Assembly: GCF_009914755.1 (NCBI RefSeq)
Contig: NC_060946.1
From: the human T2T-CHM13v2.0 reference genome, Homo sapiens
Direction: 5' to 3' (one strand)
Length of the DNA stretch: 64,000 nucleotides
The position numbers were made by a program, and so were the translations under genes. The stretch's first letter is position 1. The number at the start of each line of letters is the position of its first letter. The notes under the pieces are model-generated. The model worked only from the letters and a program-made list of their open reading frames with translations, did not search any database and was not told the DNA's origin. This document shows positions 15,850-32,403 of the stretch, one piece after another.

Positions 15850-16070
15850 ATGAAACTTCACTATGCACCAGACACTATGCAAGAGCTTCACAAGCATAAT
15901 CTTCTCAGATTCTAACAATCCCACAATGTAGTTGTTATCAATACACCCATTCCATAGATGGGTAAACTGATGCTCCACATCATGCCCTCGCCTGACTTCA
16001 CACAGCTAGGAAGTGGAGGAGCTGTGGTTCAGCTCAGGTTCTTACCAACAGCCCAGGTTCTTAACAGAAC
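15850..16070 (-). mobile_element. MIR
   Basis: cccattccatagatgggtaaactgatgctc...cacacagctaggaagtgg. Confidence 0.65.
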
Positions 16071-17727
16071 ATTTTATCCTCTACCCATTCCAGAAACTCT
16101 ACCATTATCCTGCTTACCCTTATTCCCATCACAACCCTTGAAGGTTGTCTTAGTCCTTTCAGGGTACTCTAATAAAATACCTTAAACTGGGTAATTTATA
16201 AACAACAGAAATGTATTGCTCATAGTTCTGCAGGCTGGGAAGTCCAAGATCAAGGGACCAGCATATTCCATGTCTGGTGAGGGCCCATTCTTAGATGGCA
16301 ACTCCTACATCCTCAAATGACAGAACGGCAAAGAGGGGCAAACAAGCTTTCTTGAGCCTCTTTTTTAAGGACACTAATCCCATTCACAAGGACCCTACCC
16401 TCATGATTCATTCACATCCGAAAGGCCCCACCTCTTAATACCACCATACTGGGGTTCAGGTTTCAATATATGAATTTTGGGGAGACGCAAACATCAGGCC
16501 ATTGTATTCCACCCCTGGTCCCCAAAATTATGTCCTTCTCACGCTCTAAATATATTTCATCTCAATAGCCCCAAAAGTCTTACTTCTTTCCAGCATCAAC
16601 TTTGAAGTCCAAAGTGTCATCTAATTATCTAAATCAGATCTGTGTGAGACTCAAGGTATAATTCATCCTGAGGCAAATATCTTTCCAGCTATGAGCCCAC
16701 TAAATCAAACAAGTTGTGTGCTTCCAAAACCCAACGGTGGGACAAGCAAAGGACAGACATTCCCATTCCAAATAGGAGAAATAGGAAGGCAAAAAGGGAT
16801 AATTTGTCCCATGTAAGTCCAAACCCCAACAGGACAAACAACATTAAGTCTTAGGGCTGCAGGAGGATCTTTGACTCCGTATCTTTGGAACATATTGGGG
16901 CAGGGGTTGAGCTCCCAAGGTTCCAAGTGGTCCTACCCCCCATGACTTTGCTGGGTACAGCTCATGCAGGAGCTCTTACAGATTGGAGTTGCAAGCCTAT
17001 GGCTCTCCCAGACTGGAATCACTGGCCGGTGGCTCTACTGGTCTGGAGTCTCAGGGTCAGCCCCACCCCCAAGGTTCTGCTGGGCTTTGCCCTAGTGGCG
17101 ATTCTCACAGGCATTGTTCTGCAGCGGTCTCTGCTTTGACCCTGAGCCTTTCTAGGGCATCCCTTGAAATCTAGGAGGAGGTAGCCATGCTGCCACAGCT
17201 TGTGCACTCTGTGTGGCAGCAGAGACGGCACTATGTGGACACTTACAAGGTTTACCACCTGAGCCCTTTGTAGAGAGGGACCAAGGCACACCTAAGGCTT
17301 CCAAGGAGTACTGCACCAGAAGGCAGGGAGCAGAGTCCTGAAATCATTCTGCCCCTAGGGCCCTAGCATTCTGGGCCTGAGATAGGTAGTGCAGCCCCAG
17401 AGATCTCCAAAATGTCTTCAGGGTCATTTTTTCCACAGTCTTGATGAACAGCACCTGGCTTCTTCTGAGCCATACTAATCTCCTATCAAATGACAGCCTT
17501 CGCCACACACTCCATGTTCTCTCCTGAACATGGCTTTTCATTCTTTACAATATGGTAAGGATAAGAATTTTCCAAATCTTTAAGTTCAGCTTCCCTTTTG
17601 ATTATAAATTCCAAATTTAATATGTGTCTCTCTTCTTACATTTTACTGTTGGCAGTCAAGAGAAGCCATGCCACATCCTCGACACTTTGCTTAAAGATTA
17701 ATTCTACCAAATATCCTATTTCATCAC

Positions 17728-18425
<698 letters not shown>

Positions 18426-20199
18426 CTCACTCAGATATTCTACCTGCCACAAAGCACTAGGACACATGCACAATTCAGTCTCATTCTTTGCCAGTGTATA
18501 ACAAGGATGGCCTTTCCTCCATTTCCGATAGTATATTCCTCATTTCCATCTGAGACCTCATCATAATGCCCTTTACCATTCATGTTTTACCAGCACTCTG
18601 TTCACAACCTCTTCAGTAATCTCTAAAAAGAAGGCTTTCCCCACAGCTCTCCTTTTCTGAGCCCTCCCAAGAATCGCCCTTAATGTTGCATTCACAGTAA
18701 TCTAGGCTTTTTCTAGCTTGCACCTCCACCTTCTTCTATCCTCTTCCCATTACCCAGTAGCAAAGCCACTTGCACATTTTTAGGTATTTGTTAAAGCAAC
18801 GCTCCACTTCTCAATACCAATTTTGGTCTTAGTCTGTTCCTGCTGCTATAATAAACTACCATAGGCTGGGTAGTTTATAAACAACAGAAAGTTATTGCTC
18901 ATAGTTCTGGATGCCAAGAAGTTCAGGATTAAGGCACCAGCAGATTCAGTGTCCAGTGAGGACCTGTTCCTCATAGATGGTGCCTTTTGTGTCAGCACAT
19001 AACAGAAGGGTAAAAAGGGACAAACAAGATCACTTGAGCCTCTTTTATAAAGGCACTAATCCCATTCACGAGAGCTCCACCCTCATGACCTAGTCACCTC
19101 TGAAAGGCCTCAGCTCTTCATATCACCACATTGGGGTTTAGGTTTCAACCTCTGAATTTTGTAAGAAACACATTCAGGCCATAGCAGGGGTATGTATCAT
19201 CCTCATCTTTTACAGAAAAGCAAGACTCAGAGACATTATGTGATTGATCTGAAGTAACTGCTACTAAGTGCTAGAGGCACTCAGCTAGAGGCCAAATTTG
19301 AATGGAGCACTCACTCAGAGCCATGCTCTTCCACAATACCATGCCATGCAGGAGTCTACCAGGGCAAGCGCCTCTGGGAGGCTCATCTTTGGAGCTACCC
19401 TATATAAACCCTTGCCAGCATGGCAGGTTCCAGAAAGCCAATCAATGCTGACCCTGCTTGTCCTTTCCTGCTAACTCTGGAATTTGTCAAGAAGAGCCTG
19501 GGGGGGCATACTGAGTGGGCTTTGCTCCTGTGGGGACTCCCAGGGGTGGCAGGATGGTCTTTGAAGAGCTGCATCATGACCAGAGGTTGACTAACACCAT
19601 GATTCAACCTCTGCGGCAACCAGCTCTTCCAGGGCTCAAGACAACTGGTAATGGGGTATAAGAAGGGAGACTCTGAGCCCCACAGGTCCCCTCTGTGATT
19701 CTCAATTTCTACAGAAGCAGAAGGAAAATGGGATGATGGCCATAGCTTCCCAGATGACAAAACCCCAAAACACTGACTTGAGGACTTCTGGAAGCCTAAC
19801 CCTTTGGGGTCATACCCAGTTCCAAGGTGGAAGGGACAGGGGCATTCCTTATGAGGATGTAGTATCACTCAGATGCCATCGAGAGTCAAGAGGAAGCCTC
19901 GGAGATCTGCCATGCTCTGTTGCCCCTCCAGGCTACACATTGCCATGAAGCAAAGAGGGGGCCCTGCAACAGTGCAGGCTCCTGGCAAGACCCCTACTCT
20001 TTTCTCCCTTGGCCCAACACCACCTCAGACTACCAACTGTCTGGAGACCCCTGGGAACAGTCTTGGGGGGACTGTTCCCATCATGCCCTCAATCCCTGTT
20101 TGTGTCAGCCCCAGTGAGCAGCCCAGGACCCCCAGGGTAGCTTCATCCTCTGGACTCATCTTCATTCAGTTTTACGGAGGGGAGAGGCCACCCCCAGGA

Positions 20200-20415
20200 T
20201 CCCCTTCTTGACATTATTTTTCTCCACAGCACCCATCACCATCTGAAATTCTCTATGTCTTATTGATTTGTCCCTTTCTGCCTCCCATGTCATGAAAGTA
20301 GACTCCAGGAGGGAGAGACATCACTGCCTTATCCCAAACCCTTGGATGGTCCTGATACATAGTGGGACTTTGACAAGTATTTGCCACATAAATGAACTAC
20401 TCAATGAATGATGAA
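20200..20415 (+). mobile_element. L2 3' end
   Basis: cacagcacccatcaccatctga...gaatgatgaatg. Confidence 0.55.
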
Positions 20416-21859
20416 TGGCAAACTAATGGAAACCAAACTAAAAGTGGCTTTCTAGGTTGGATCAACCAGCAGCTCCATGCTGTGAGGTTTCTCTGTGGTT
20501 CTCCCGGCTTTCCCATCATGCTTGCGAGATGGCTGCCCCAACCCAAAGCACCGTGCCTTCATGTGACAATGCCCTAGGACAGGAAGGACAAGTCTCTGTC
20601 CTCTGCCCCTTTAGAGGGATGAAGAAAACCTGCCCAGTAGCCCACAGCAGCCTCGCTGGGCAGTTTGTTTCACCTGCCTGTGCCTCGACCCATCATTGGC
20701 CAAGAGAATGGAATTCTGTGTTCTGTTTATACCAATCAGCATTTCCTGCCCTTCCTCCAGTAAAGGAAGGGACCTGAAGCACCTGGGCACCCATCCCTTG
20801 AGCAAAGCCTGGATGCTCTAAGAAGAGAGGAGGTGGGAAGACACTGACTGTGGGGAGGCAGTGCTCCAAGTGTGCCATGAATGCCTTAATTTTAAGTGCA
20901 ATCTTTTCCTTAAGAGGATGTTTGTGTCCCTCCAAAATCTCTTCCTTAAGAGCTTTATTTTTCTGTGCTTCTTTCTCTTCCCAGCATAAACCAGTCCAGC
21001 CAGCCTCAGCAGCTTTCTTTCCTTCCCCCAACTCATTATCGCAGCCCTGCACAAGGGCCAAGGAATCCACCTAACAAAGATAAAATGTCCTCAGCAGCTG
21101 GAAGGCAGCAAAGCTATGCAGTTTCACATGGTCAGCCATGAGTCAGAAGTTCCCAGAGCGTCTCCTGCCAAAGCTGCCTCTAGGAACACCTGGTGAGCAA
21201 CTGCTGGCTCTGAGGAGAAGGGTCTGGAGGGCATGGTGAATGAGAAAACATATATAATCTTCCGCCACATTTCTGGTAGCTTCTTATAGTCTAAAAAGCA
21301 GTTTGCCTTAGATTTCATGTAATCCTTATAAGAAGCCCAAGAGGTGACCATTAGGTTCACCCCCATTTAACAGATGAGGAAATGAAGAATCAGAAAAATA
21401 AGAATGGGTTGTCCAAGGCTAGAGCCAGAGACCTAGAAGGACCCTGCCACTTGACCACTGCACACATGAATGCCTGCTTGAGTGTGCATGTGCACACCTG
21501 CATACATGAACAAATGCCTCCAACACATACACATGTTTCAACATTTCACACTGCCCCCAAGGCAAATACTACTTCTGAAACCATCCACAGAGGACCCTTC
21601 CCTGAATTTCCTTCTCAATTCCCCCAGCTGAGATGGCTGAACTGGATTGGAGGTGATTCCCTGACCAGGAATTCCACAAACCATTTTCAATGGTGGCATG
21701 AGATTAGTCCAGGGGCTCCACCAAAATACCAGGTCTTGGTTTCTTGCTGGGGTCCCAATCCATAGGGCTCTCCTCTTTCCACAATTCTGCCCCTGCTGTG
21801 AGTTCAGCCCCCATCAAAACAGACATGGAGTAAGAACAGAGCCTCAGCAGGGAGGACGT

Positions 21860-21985
21860 AAGTGCTTGAAACTCAGGGTGGTCCCTAGACTGGCAGCATC
21901 AGAATCACCTGGGAGCTTGTTAGAAATACAGAATCCCCGATCTTTTGAACCAGAATTTGCACTCTTATGAGATGCCCAGGGAATG
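21860..21985. mobile_element. MER5A (hAT-Charlie)
   Basis: gcagcatcagaatcacctgggagcttgttagaaatacagaatc. Confidence 0.75.
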
Positions 21986-22549
21986 CCCAAGAGACAGCAG
22001 CCTCCAGCCTTATTTTAGGATGCAACCTCCAGTTGCCCACACGCCTTGCCTGAACCTTCCCCGCTGCTGACTTGTGTAACTAGAGTATTGCCTACTTTCC
22101 AAGATAAATTCCTACCTGCATTCCACTTATGATAAATAGATACCTGTATTGTTCCCTGTGACTAAATGCTTTTGCAGGGGTTGGGAGGGCTGCCTACCAG
22201 CCCAGGCTGTCTGTGACCAGGAGCCTCAGTCTAAAATCCCACAATCTCATCAGAAAAGAAAGGATGCTGCTGTGGTGTGTAGATCATGGAGAGACTTTGA
22301 GATTAAAAAGACTTGAGTTTGAGTTTGCCTGGAGTAAAATGCAAACTTTCTATGTTCTACTTATGAAATGGAAACAATAAGCCTCCACTGCAGGACTCTA
22401 TGAGATCACAGAAGAAAAAGGTGTTGGCCCAAGGTAGGTGTTCAATATATCTTAGTTCTTCTTCACTGACCCACCCATAGATGGCTGTGGCAAAGCTTCA
22501 GACAAACCTCTATAATCCTGACATCACAAATCAGTGATTATTCCCCAAA

Positions 22550-23390
22550 TCGGTTAGGATGCTCTGGGCTACAGGTAACAGAAGACCCAACTAAAAGTGG
22601 CTTAGATGATGATATGGTCTGGTTCTGTGTCCCCACCCAAATCTCATCTTGAATTGTAATTCCCACATGTTGGGGGAGGGGCCTCGTGGGAGGTGATTGA
22701 ATCATGGGGGTGGTTCCCCCATGCTGTTCTCATGACAGTGAGTGAGTTCTCACAAGATCTGATGATTTGGGGAGGGGCTTTTTCCCCCACTTCGCTCTAC
22801 ACTTCTCTCATTCTTCTCCTTCCTGCTGCCACATGAAAAAGGACGTGTTTGCTTCTCCTTCCACCATGATTGTAAGTTTCCTGAGGCCTCCCCAGCCATG
22901 CAGAACTGTGAATCAATTAACTCTCTTTTCTTTATAAATTACCCAGTCTCAAATATTTCTTCATAGCAGTGTGAGAACAAACTAATACAGATGATAAGAA
23001 ATTTATCATCTCACGTAACAAGCTGCCCAAGGAAGTCCAAGGTTGGTTAACTCAGCAGTTCGACACCAGCTTCAAGGACTCAGGTACTTGCTTTCTTTCT
23101 GCTCTGTGAGTTTCAGCATGCCTCATGGGCATGAAAAGACTGCAGCACTTCCAGGCATCACATATTGCATCCAGCAAAAACAAGGGAGTTCCCTACAGCA
23201 GACTTCCTCTCAGTTCCATGGGCCAAGATTGGCCCACACATCCTTGCCTAAACCATTCACTAGCCTGGCCAATCTTGATCTCCTCCCTGAGGCTGAGAAA
23301 GGAACCAGCATCTACTAAAGCACACGGTTTCTCTGAAAAGGAAAATAAGGTAGGAGAAGCTGTTGGCTCCTCAGCCAACAGTGTCTGTCA
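22550..23390 (-). mobile_element. old MLT1-type LTR split by a THE1D/MST LTR
   Basis: ggttaggatgct...ggtaacagaagacccaactaaaagtggctta, resuming at 22990. Confidence 0.6.
22610..22989 (+). mobile_element. THE1D/MSTA-type solo LTR
   Basis: tgatatgg...actaataca; perfect TSD gatga. Confidence 0.92.
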
Positions 23391-23492
23391 CAGGCCTGCT
23401 ACCCAGGATGTGCCTTTCTGACTTTGCCTGCTGCACTAAAGCTGCTTCTGGGGCTGAGGGACCACACTCTCGATAAACCCATTCTTCCTATA

Positions 23493-24722
23493 ACACTGGT
23501 TCTCAAACTCACCTGCACCTTGGAATTGCTTGGATATTTTTTTTTAATACTGATGCCTAGGTCTGTATCACAGAGATTCTGATAATTGGTCCAAAGTGAG
23601 GCCTAAGCCTGGGGATTAAATCTCCTCAGATGAGTTAATGTTTGAGAACCACTTGTCTAGATCAATGGTTCTCAACATTTAAGGCACCTCAGAGTCATCC
23701 AGAGTTCCTGACTCAGCAGGTCTGATGTAGAACCTGAGGGTTGCATTTCTAACAAGTTCCCAGGTAATCTGATGGTACTGACTTAGGGACCACACTTTGA
23801 GAACTGCTGGTCTGGATTAGTGCTTTATAAACTTCAATGTGCATATAAACCAATTTGGAGTATCTCATTAAAATGAACATGCTGGTCCCATAGGTCTGAA
23901 TGGGGTCCAAGACTCTGCATTTCCAACAAGCTCCCAGGTGATACTTGTAACCCAAACTGTGTAGCAGGGTCTAGAACAGACAGGGGTCAACAAACTAGAT
24001 CCCGCAGGCTAAACCCAGCCTATCGCCTATTTTGTAAATAAAGTTTTATTAGAACACAACCTCAGTCGCACATGGCGGCTCATGCCTGTAATCCTAGCAC
24101 TCTGGGAGGCCGAGATGGGAGAATCCCTTGAGCCTAGAAGTTTGAGATCAGCCTGAGCAACATAACGAAACCCTGTCTCTACAGAAAATTAAAAAATTAG
24201 CCAGGCATGGTGGCACTTACCTGTGATCCCAGCTACTTGGGGGGCTGAGGTGGGAGGATTGCTTGAGCCTGAGAAGTCAAGGTTGCAATGAGCCACTGTA
24301 CTCCAGCCTGGGCAACAGAGCAAGATCCTTGTCTCAAAAAAACAAACAAACACAATCTCACTCATTTATTTACACATTGTGGCTGTGTTCACAACAACAG
24401 CAGAGTTAAGTGATCACAACAGAGATTTCATTGCCTAAGCTGAAAATATCTCCTATCTGGTCCCTCACCAAGAAGATATTTGCTGACCTCTGTCTACAAT
24501 GATCACAGGTTCTCAAATGTGGCTGTACATAGGAATCACCTACGGAGTTTTAATGTCTAGTTCCCACTCCTAGAGATGTCTGGTATCTGATGTCCGATGT
24601 CTGGTGTCTGGACCTTATTCCTAGAGACTCTGATGTAGCTGGTGTGGGATTCAGCTGGGGCATTGGAATTTTTATAAACTTCCCAAATGATCATGATGTG
24701 CATTTGAGACTTGCTGGTCTAG
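23493..24722. mobile_element. Stack of hAT-Charlie MITEs (several MER5-like plus one MER58-like)
   Basis: Repeated termini cantggttctcaa / ttgagaaccact; caggggtcaacaaact...tgctgacctctg. Confidence 0.75.
24063..24352 (+). mobile_element. AluJ inside the MER58-like element
   Basis: Dimer; TSD-like aacacaacctca / aacacaatctca. Confidence 0.9.
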
Positions 24723-24893
24723 TAGACATCGCCCTAGCCCCTGCACCCGCACCTGTCCTTACATCCAGTGAAGACTTCACTTTAGCAGAGGCTCTGCTTC
24801 CAGATGTCTGCCTTTATCAGCTGCTCTAGGAAAACAAGACAGGCCCAGCCAGGACCTAAGACATGCCCCTCTCCAAAGGGGCATTTTGGAGAT

Positions 24894-25188
24894 GTATCTT
24901 AGTCTATTCAGGCTGCTATAACAAACAGCCATAGACCAGGTTGTTTATAAACAACAGAAATGTATTTCTCACAGTTCTGGAGGCTGGGAAGTCCTACATC
25001 AAACTGTGGGCAGATTTGGTGTTTGGTGAGGACCCACTTCCTGGTTCCTAGATGGCTGTCTTCTCGCTGTTATCTTCATATGGCAGAAGAGACAAGAGAG
25101 TTTTCTGGCATCTCTTTGATAAGAACACTAATTCCAGTTGGCAGGGGTCGTGTGGGGGTGTGGGACATGAACACTCAGTTGATAGCAG
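24894..25188 (-). mobile_element. MLT1A-type LTR (partial)
   Basis: tatcttagtctattcaggctgctataaca...ctcacagttctggaggctgggaagtcc. Confidence 0.8.
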
Positions 25189-25460
25189 TAAGTTCACGTG
25201 GATGTGTAAAGTTCAGCATGCCCATTTACAATAGCTCAGTGTACATTCTTGTCCCTTCCCAGCTAAACCTCACCAGGTCTGACCTTCCTAACAAGTCCAT
25301 CTGGCTCCCAACCCTACTGAGAGAATCTGAACCATTCTCTGGACTGAACCATAGCATGAAGCCACACACGAGATATCATCTAGAAAGAAAATGTGAATTG
25401 TCCTTTCTGGAAAAAAGGAAAAGAGAGAGAGAATTGCTAGCAGTAGAAAGTGGGTTTTCA

Positions 25461-25880
<420 letters not shown>

Positions 25881-26794
25881 AAACACTTGCATAGTCCTTT
25901 AGAAAACCTCAAACACTAGCTTTAGAAGAAGAAACATTTTTTAAAAAAAATCAAATGGGTGCTGCTGACAAGTCAAAGATAAAAATGGTCCTCCCACTTC
26001 TCAATGCACTCTTAAGCTTGAGGGCTTCAGGAGATAGTGGGTAGGGGCACATTACTTTGTCTGAAATCACAGCTACATCCTAGAGGATGTTTCCATACCA
26101 CCCAACCATGGGAGCTGCCATTTGCTCAGCCTCTCTGCCCCTGCCCTAACTCAAGGTGGGCCAGATGTAGGAGCCCACCGCCCTGGCCTCAGTCAGGGAC
26201 TGGCCCAGAGTTGGCCTTTGACTCACACCAAGCCAGTCAGAACCCTTCCCTCGGATACTGGGAGGGGAAAACAAATCTCAGTCCCTTTCTGGTGGTGAAA
26301 TTAAGCAATGACAGTCCCCACCATGGGGATGAAGCCAGCCTGAGAGAATGAAGCTGATAAACAAATACAGCAAAGATAGGATGGGGAGAGAGTCCTTGCA
26401 GCATTCAAAACCCCCATTCCTATTGTTCCTGAAGTACAACTGTGCCCCTGTGCTCCTTATGGTCATCTGAGCCAAAATATTCCTCTTTTGCCCAAACTAG
26501 TTCGAAGTGAATTTCTGTCTCATGTGACTGGCTACTGTAAAAAATGCAGAGTGGTGATGTGTGTCTAAGAGGGCCAGCTGTGAACCAGGAATCCCTCCAC
26601 TGGAGTCAAGTGTCACACTGTTGAGTGGGGCTTAGGGGAAAGAAAATGAGTAGTACAACATTTTTCTGCTTTGATGCTATAGGAAGGAGGGAAAAGCATG
26701 TATTAGTCATGTTTCTGCAGCAATAAAGCTGCGCAATTAACTCCAAAACTCAGAGCCTTAAAATAAGCATTTATTTATTGCACACAAGGGATAA

Positions 26795-27258
26795 TAGTGT
26801 TATTCCACTGAGATGGATTAGATTATTGTTCACAATTCTTCATGCTCTCCCTGTAATAAAAGTGCATGCCCTTTATTGTGTGATTCCTCAGGGCCTCCCT
26901 GTAGAGTATATTTCCCCACCCCATTGAGGTTCAATCTCATTGTGTGACTTGCCTTGGCCAGTGGAATGTGAGCAGACATGAAATGGACAGAGACTTTCAA
27001 TGTACTTGCATGGTTTGGCTTGGATTCTTGGGTTCCATTAGTGCCTTGAGAAGAGCATGTCCTTGGTGCTGCTAGTCCCAGAATAGACATGTGCAACAGG
27101 CCTGAACCTGGAGCCAAGCCCAGCCAACCCCAGAAGAGCCCAGCACAACCACAGCTGACTCACAGGACCATGCAAGAAAAGTAAATGCTTGTGGCTGTAT
27201 GCCAGCAAGTTTGGGGAATGTTTGTTACTCAGCATTATTTCAGCAGATGCCTGACTAC
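26795..27258 (+). mobile_element. MLT1H/I-like LTR
   Basis: gtgtgacttgccttggccagtggaatgtgagcagacatga...gtttgttactcagcattatt. Confidence 0.65.
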
Positions 27259-27259
27259 T

Positions 27260-27470
27260 GTAAGAAGTACTCACTACACAGTAGGCACTGTGCTAGATGC
27301 TTAGCATGTGGCTTCTTATTCAGTCTTCACAATAACCATATAAGGTAGATGTTATTATACCCACTTTACAGATAAGGTGATTGAAGCTCACAGAGTTCAG
27401 TTCTTTTCCCAATGTAACACTGCAGATAATGACAGGCCAGATTTTGACATCGACTGACCCATTATATTGA
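27260..27470 (-). mobile_element. MIR
   Basis: cccactttacagataaggtgattgaagctcacagag. Confidence 0.7.
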
Positions 27471-27769
27471 GGTCCACCATCCTTTTATAACACATGTGCA
27501 TTCTTTTCATTTGAATTAGGGGGAAAAGACATGTTCAAAGGGGTCCCAGCCCTGAGAATTGGATGTCTGTTATCATCAGATGCACTGCACTGCATTCCAC
27601 AATGCAGTGGGAATCAGTGGTGACAACAGCTGTCAGCCAGAGGGAGAAAAAGTTGCTTCTAGCTCCTGCCAGGCTGAAGTAAGAGGCCTGATGTGCAGGC
27701 TTAATGTGTGGAAAAGGTCATATATAACCCCCTGTCGACATGCAGTATTGACCTGGCAGATATTGATGG

Positions 27770-28250
27770 TGGCCACTCTAGTTGTCATTTCTCCCTTCTT
27801 TCTTGTTAATAAAACATCAGTTTTATTCCAGTAGCAAAATACCCAGCCTCAGGACATGAATTGTGATATAATCCAAAATAGTCATGCAATCTTCTCTCTC
27901 TTTCCTAGATACTAGGTCCAAGTATGGGCGTCTGACCCAGTTCTGGAAAATGAGACGCTCAGGGAAGTCTACTTGGTGCTTCTGGGAAAGCTATTTCTCC
28001 CTAGTAAGAGAGAGACACCCTCTTCCTTACTGCTGGATCATTGTGGTGAGGATCTGATGACTCACTTAGAAGACATCACCTAGCGTGCTGAGAATGATGG
28101 AGCAGACAGATCAAGATCTGGGTCTAGGACAACATCACTGAGTGGTTGAAACAGATCTGGAAGTATCTGCTTTCCTGTTCACTAACAATCAACCTCCTTA
28201 CTCTTTAAGCCACTGCTAGCAGGTTCTCTGTTACTTGCAGCCAAGCATAT
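27770..28250 (+). mobile_element. old MLT1J/K-like LTR
   Basis: tgacccagttctggaaaatgaga...ttctctgttacttgcagcc. Confidence 0.55.
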
Positions 28251-28619
28251 CTGTATTAGTTATCTACTGCTGCATAAAATGACCACAAATATTTCAGCCA
28301 AGAAAAGGAAAAAAATGAATAAACATGGTAATTATTTAATATGAGTGATGGATCTATAAATGCATTATACTATCTCAACTGTTAATTATATTCACATTTT
28401 TTATGATTTTTTTAAAAATCTGGCTACACTTTTCTGATCTGCATAGAGCCAATAACTCCACATTAAACATAGAGAGTTAAGGGAAAGCATGTTGAGAACA
28501 TCAAGAGTGGCTCTGAGCTGGGGAGGGGTTGCCCTCTGAGGTCTGCCGTTGCCTCCCGTCCACACTGTGACTCTGCAACACATATGCTCCAACCCTGCCA
28601 TCCAAATACACACCTAGTT

Positions 28620-29020
28620 TCCCAAACGGACCAGGCTCCTTCACGCCCTACCCACATGCTTTTGCATTTTCTCTACCCTTACCTGGGAATGTCTTCCAAC
28701 AACTTCTTTCATGCCATCTACCAGTTCCACCTCGAAAATTCAGTTCAGCAAGTGTCAGTTCTTCAGTAAGGACTTCCCCGATGCCATCTGCTAATCAGAA
28801 TGGACTCTGCCCCCACCCCCACCCAGAACACCCATTGTTCCTTATGAAGATGATTATTACAGTATGCATCACATTATGTTGCAACTATTCATCTTCTTGT
28901 CTGTTTCCCCCACTAGGCTAAGAGCTTCTTGAGAAAGGGGTTCCCCATTCATCTCAGTATCACATTGTTAACATAGGATTTGGCACGCGGTAAATGCTAG
29001 TTAAATGTTTGTTGAATAAA
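28620..29020 (+). mobile_element. L2 3' region
   Basis: cccactaggctaagagcttcttgag...taaatgtttgttgaataaat. Confidence 0.65.
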
Positions 29021-29746
29021 TCAGTGGTTGAATTAATAATTAAATAAATAAATGAAAAAAATCTAGCAGCTAGCAACAACATTTATACATCCAATTTAAA
29101 TCTGTAGATCGGACAGTGATGAGCCCTGAGAGATAGTCAGCTTACCACGTGATTTCTGCAGCCCCACTATGCCCTCCCTAGACCTCTGAGTTTCCCTTGG
29201 TCTAAATACGAGATCACTACAAATCCCAACACAGAAAAGTCTCCAAGACACTAAAATTAAGAAAAAACACCAGGCTAGATTCCTTTGTGTGACTCAGAAA
29301 TAAACACCAAAGGCAATTCCTAAAAGGAGCTACAGTTGTCTTAGAATCCAACCTGGAGAGGGCAGCTTTGTTGGCAGCTGCCATTCTGTGCCAGTAGGGC
29401 TCAGAATGATGGAGCTATGTTATAGGAAGGCAGATTTGGGCTCAATGTCATGGATTTTCTTTAAAAGTTACAGTTGTCCAATCAAGGCACAGGCTGCCTC
29501 CTAGAATCAAGAGTTCCTCATTCGTCCAAAAGTCAACAATTGTTAACTGAGCACCTCATGGTCCAGATGTGGGGGTTACTACAGTGAACAATGTAGGAAA
29601 GGCCACTGTCCCCTGCAGATGACAGGCTAGATAAGCCAAGGCAAAGCCTGGGTGATTCCAGGAAGACTGCAGAGGGGGTCCTCTCAGTCTAGACCCCTGG
29701 ACACTGGACCAGGTGACCTCCAAAGCTCCTTTCAAATATAAGATCA

Positions 29747-30106
<360 letters not shown>

Positions 30107-30415
30107 TTATCAATTTCATGTAAGACAAGTGGCTCTTAGGAATCTTCCAGGGGAGGGTGGAAAAGTTACTAGATACCCACAACTTCAAAGGATATAAACT
30201 TGAGAAAGCTAGAACCATAACTCTGTTCTGTCATCATGTTCATCACAGATCTTGGCACGTAGGAGAGACACAATACAAATTTAAATGAATAAATAAGTAA
30301 TTTAACTACATGGAAAGGGGGAAGAAAGAGTAATGTCAGCTGGGAAGATGGAGCGAAGAAGGCTTTGTATGGGGGAGATATTAAAACTATGAGAAAGAAG
30401 GATAAAGGAGTTTAA

Positions 30416-30749
<334 letters not shown>

Positions 30750-31764
30750 TCCTGCACCATTCTTAAAAGGACTATACTAAAAACTTAAATTGCCTTTTCA
30801 GTTGCTTTCGAATTCTAGACTGAGGTTTTTTTGCAGCATGAGATTTGTGTTGAGCCTGGACACAAGGTGACCCACAATTCATATGAATTATAAATTTTTT
30901 AACATTGTCAATAGTCAATTGGAAGTGATAGCTTTGAGATGCCAGTCTTGTGCAAGATGGGACTGTTCCATACACGACTACTGCCATGCTGTAAACCCGA
31001 GCCACTAAAGACCATTCCTGAGGTTCATGGATCTACAGTCAGCTTGTTGTCCAGCCTTGTTGGCTCATTCAATTTTCCTTTTCATGTTGCATTCATACTC
31101 TTGCTAAGGAAGGAGTCAGAATGTACTGAACTGAGAAAGGACTGATGAGATTTGTCATGTCTCATTTCGATTGGCTGGTGGCATACAAAACATCTTTTGA
31201 TACAAAAGGCCCCCATAGCTCTTGCAGCATAGGTTGTCCACAGCAACAGAAGTGGAAGTCTTGGACAGGTTCAGTTAAAATTTCTGCACACACCTGAGTA
31301 CCGACTGCTCCAGAGACTCTCTGGGTCACTGGGACAGGCAACCTCTTCACTCGTGGGTGCCAAAAATGCTCCTGCACCCCCATTGCTCTCCTCCTACTGC
31401 TATGAGCTGTGTCCTGCTCCATCATTTTCCTAAACAACCCCAGGCTTCAACATTTCCTGTCACTCCAACACAACATATTCCCTGGATTAATCCATACAAA
31501 AGTCCCAAGAGTCAGTCACTACTGACCTAATTTTATAGATCCTAAGGTCACACAGCTAATAAGTAGGGAAACATGCCATAGATCGAGTATTCCAATGACT
31601 CTGTCATAAACTGAATGTTTGTGTCCCCCCCCCAAAAAAAAATTCATATGTTGATGCCCTGACCCCTAATGTGACTGTATTTGGAGATGGGATCTTTAAG
31701 GAGGTGATTAGAGTCATAAAGGCAGGGCCTAATCTGATAGGATTGGTTTCCTTATAAGAAGAGA

Positions 31765-32403
<639 letters not shown>

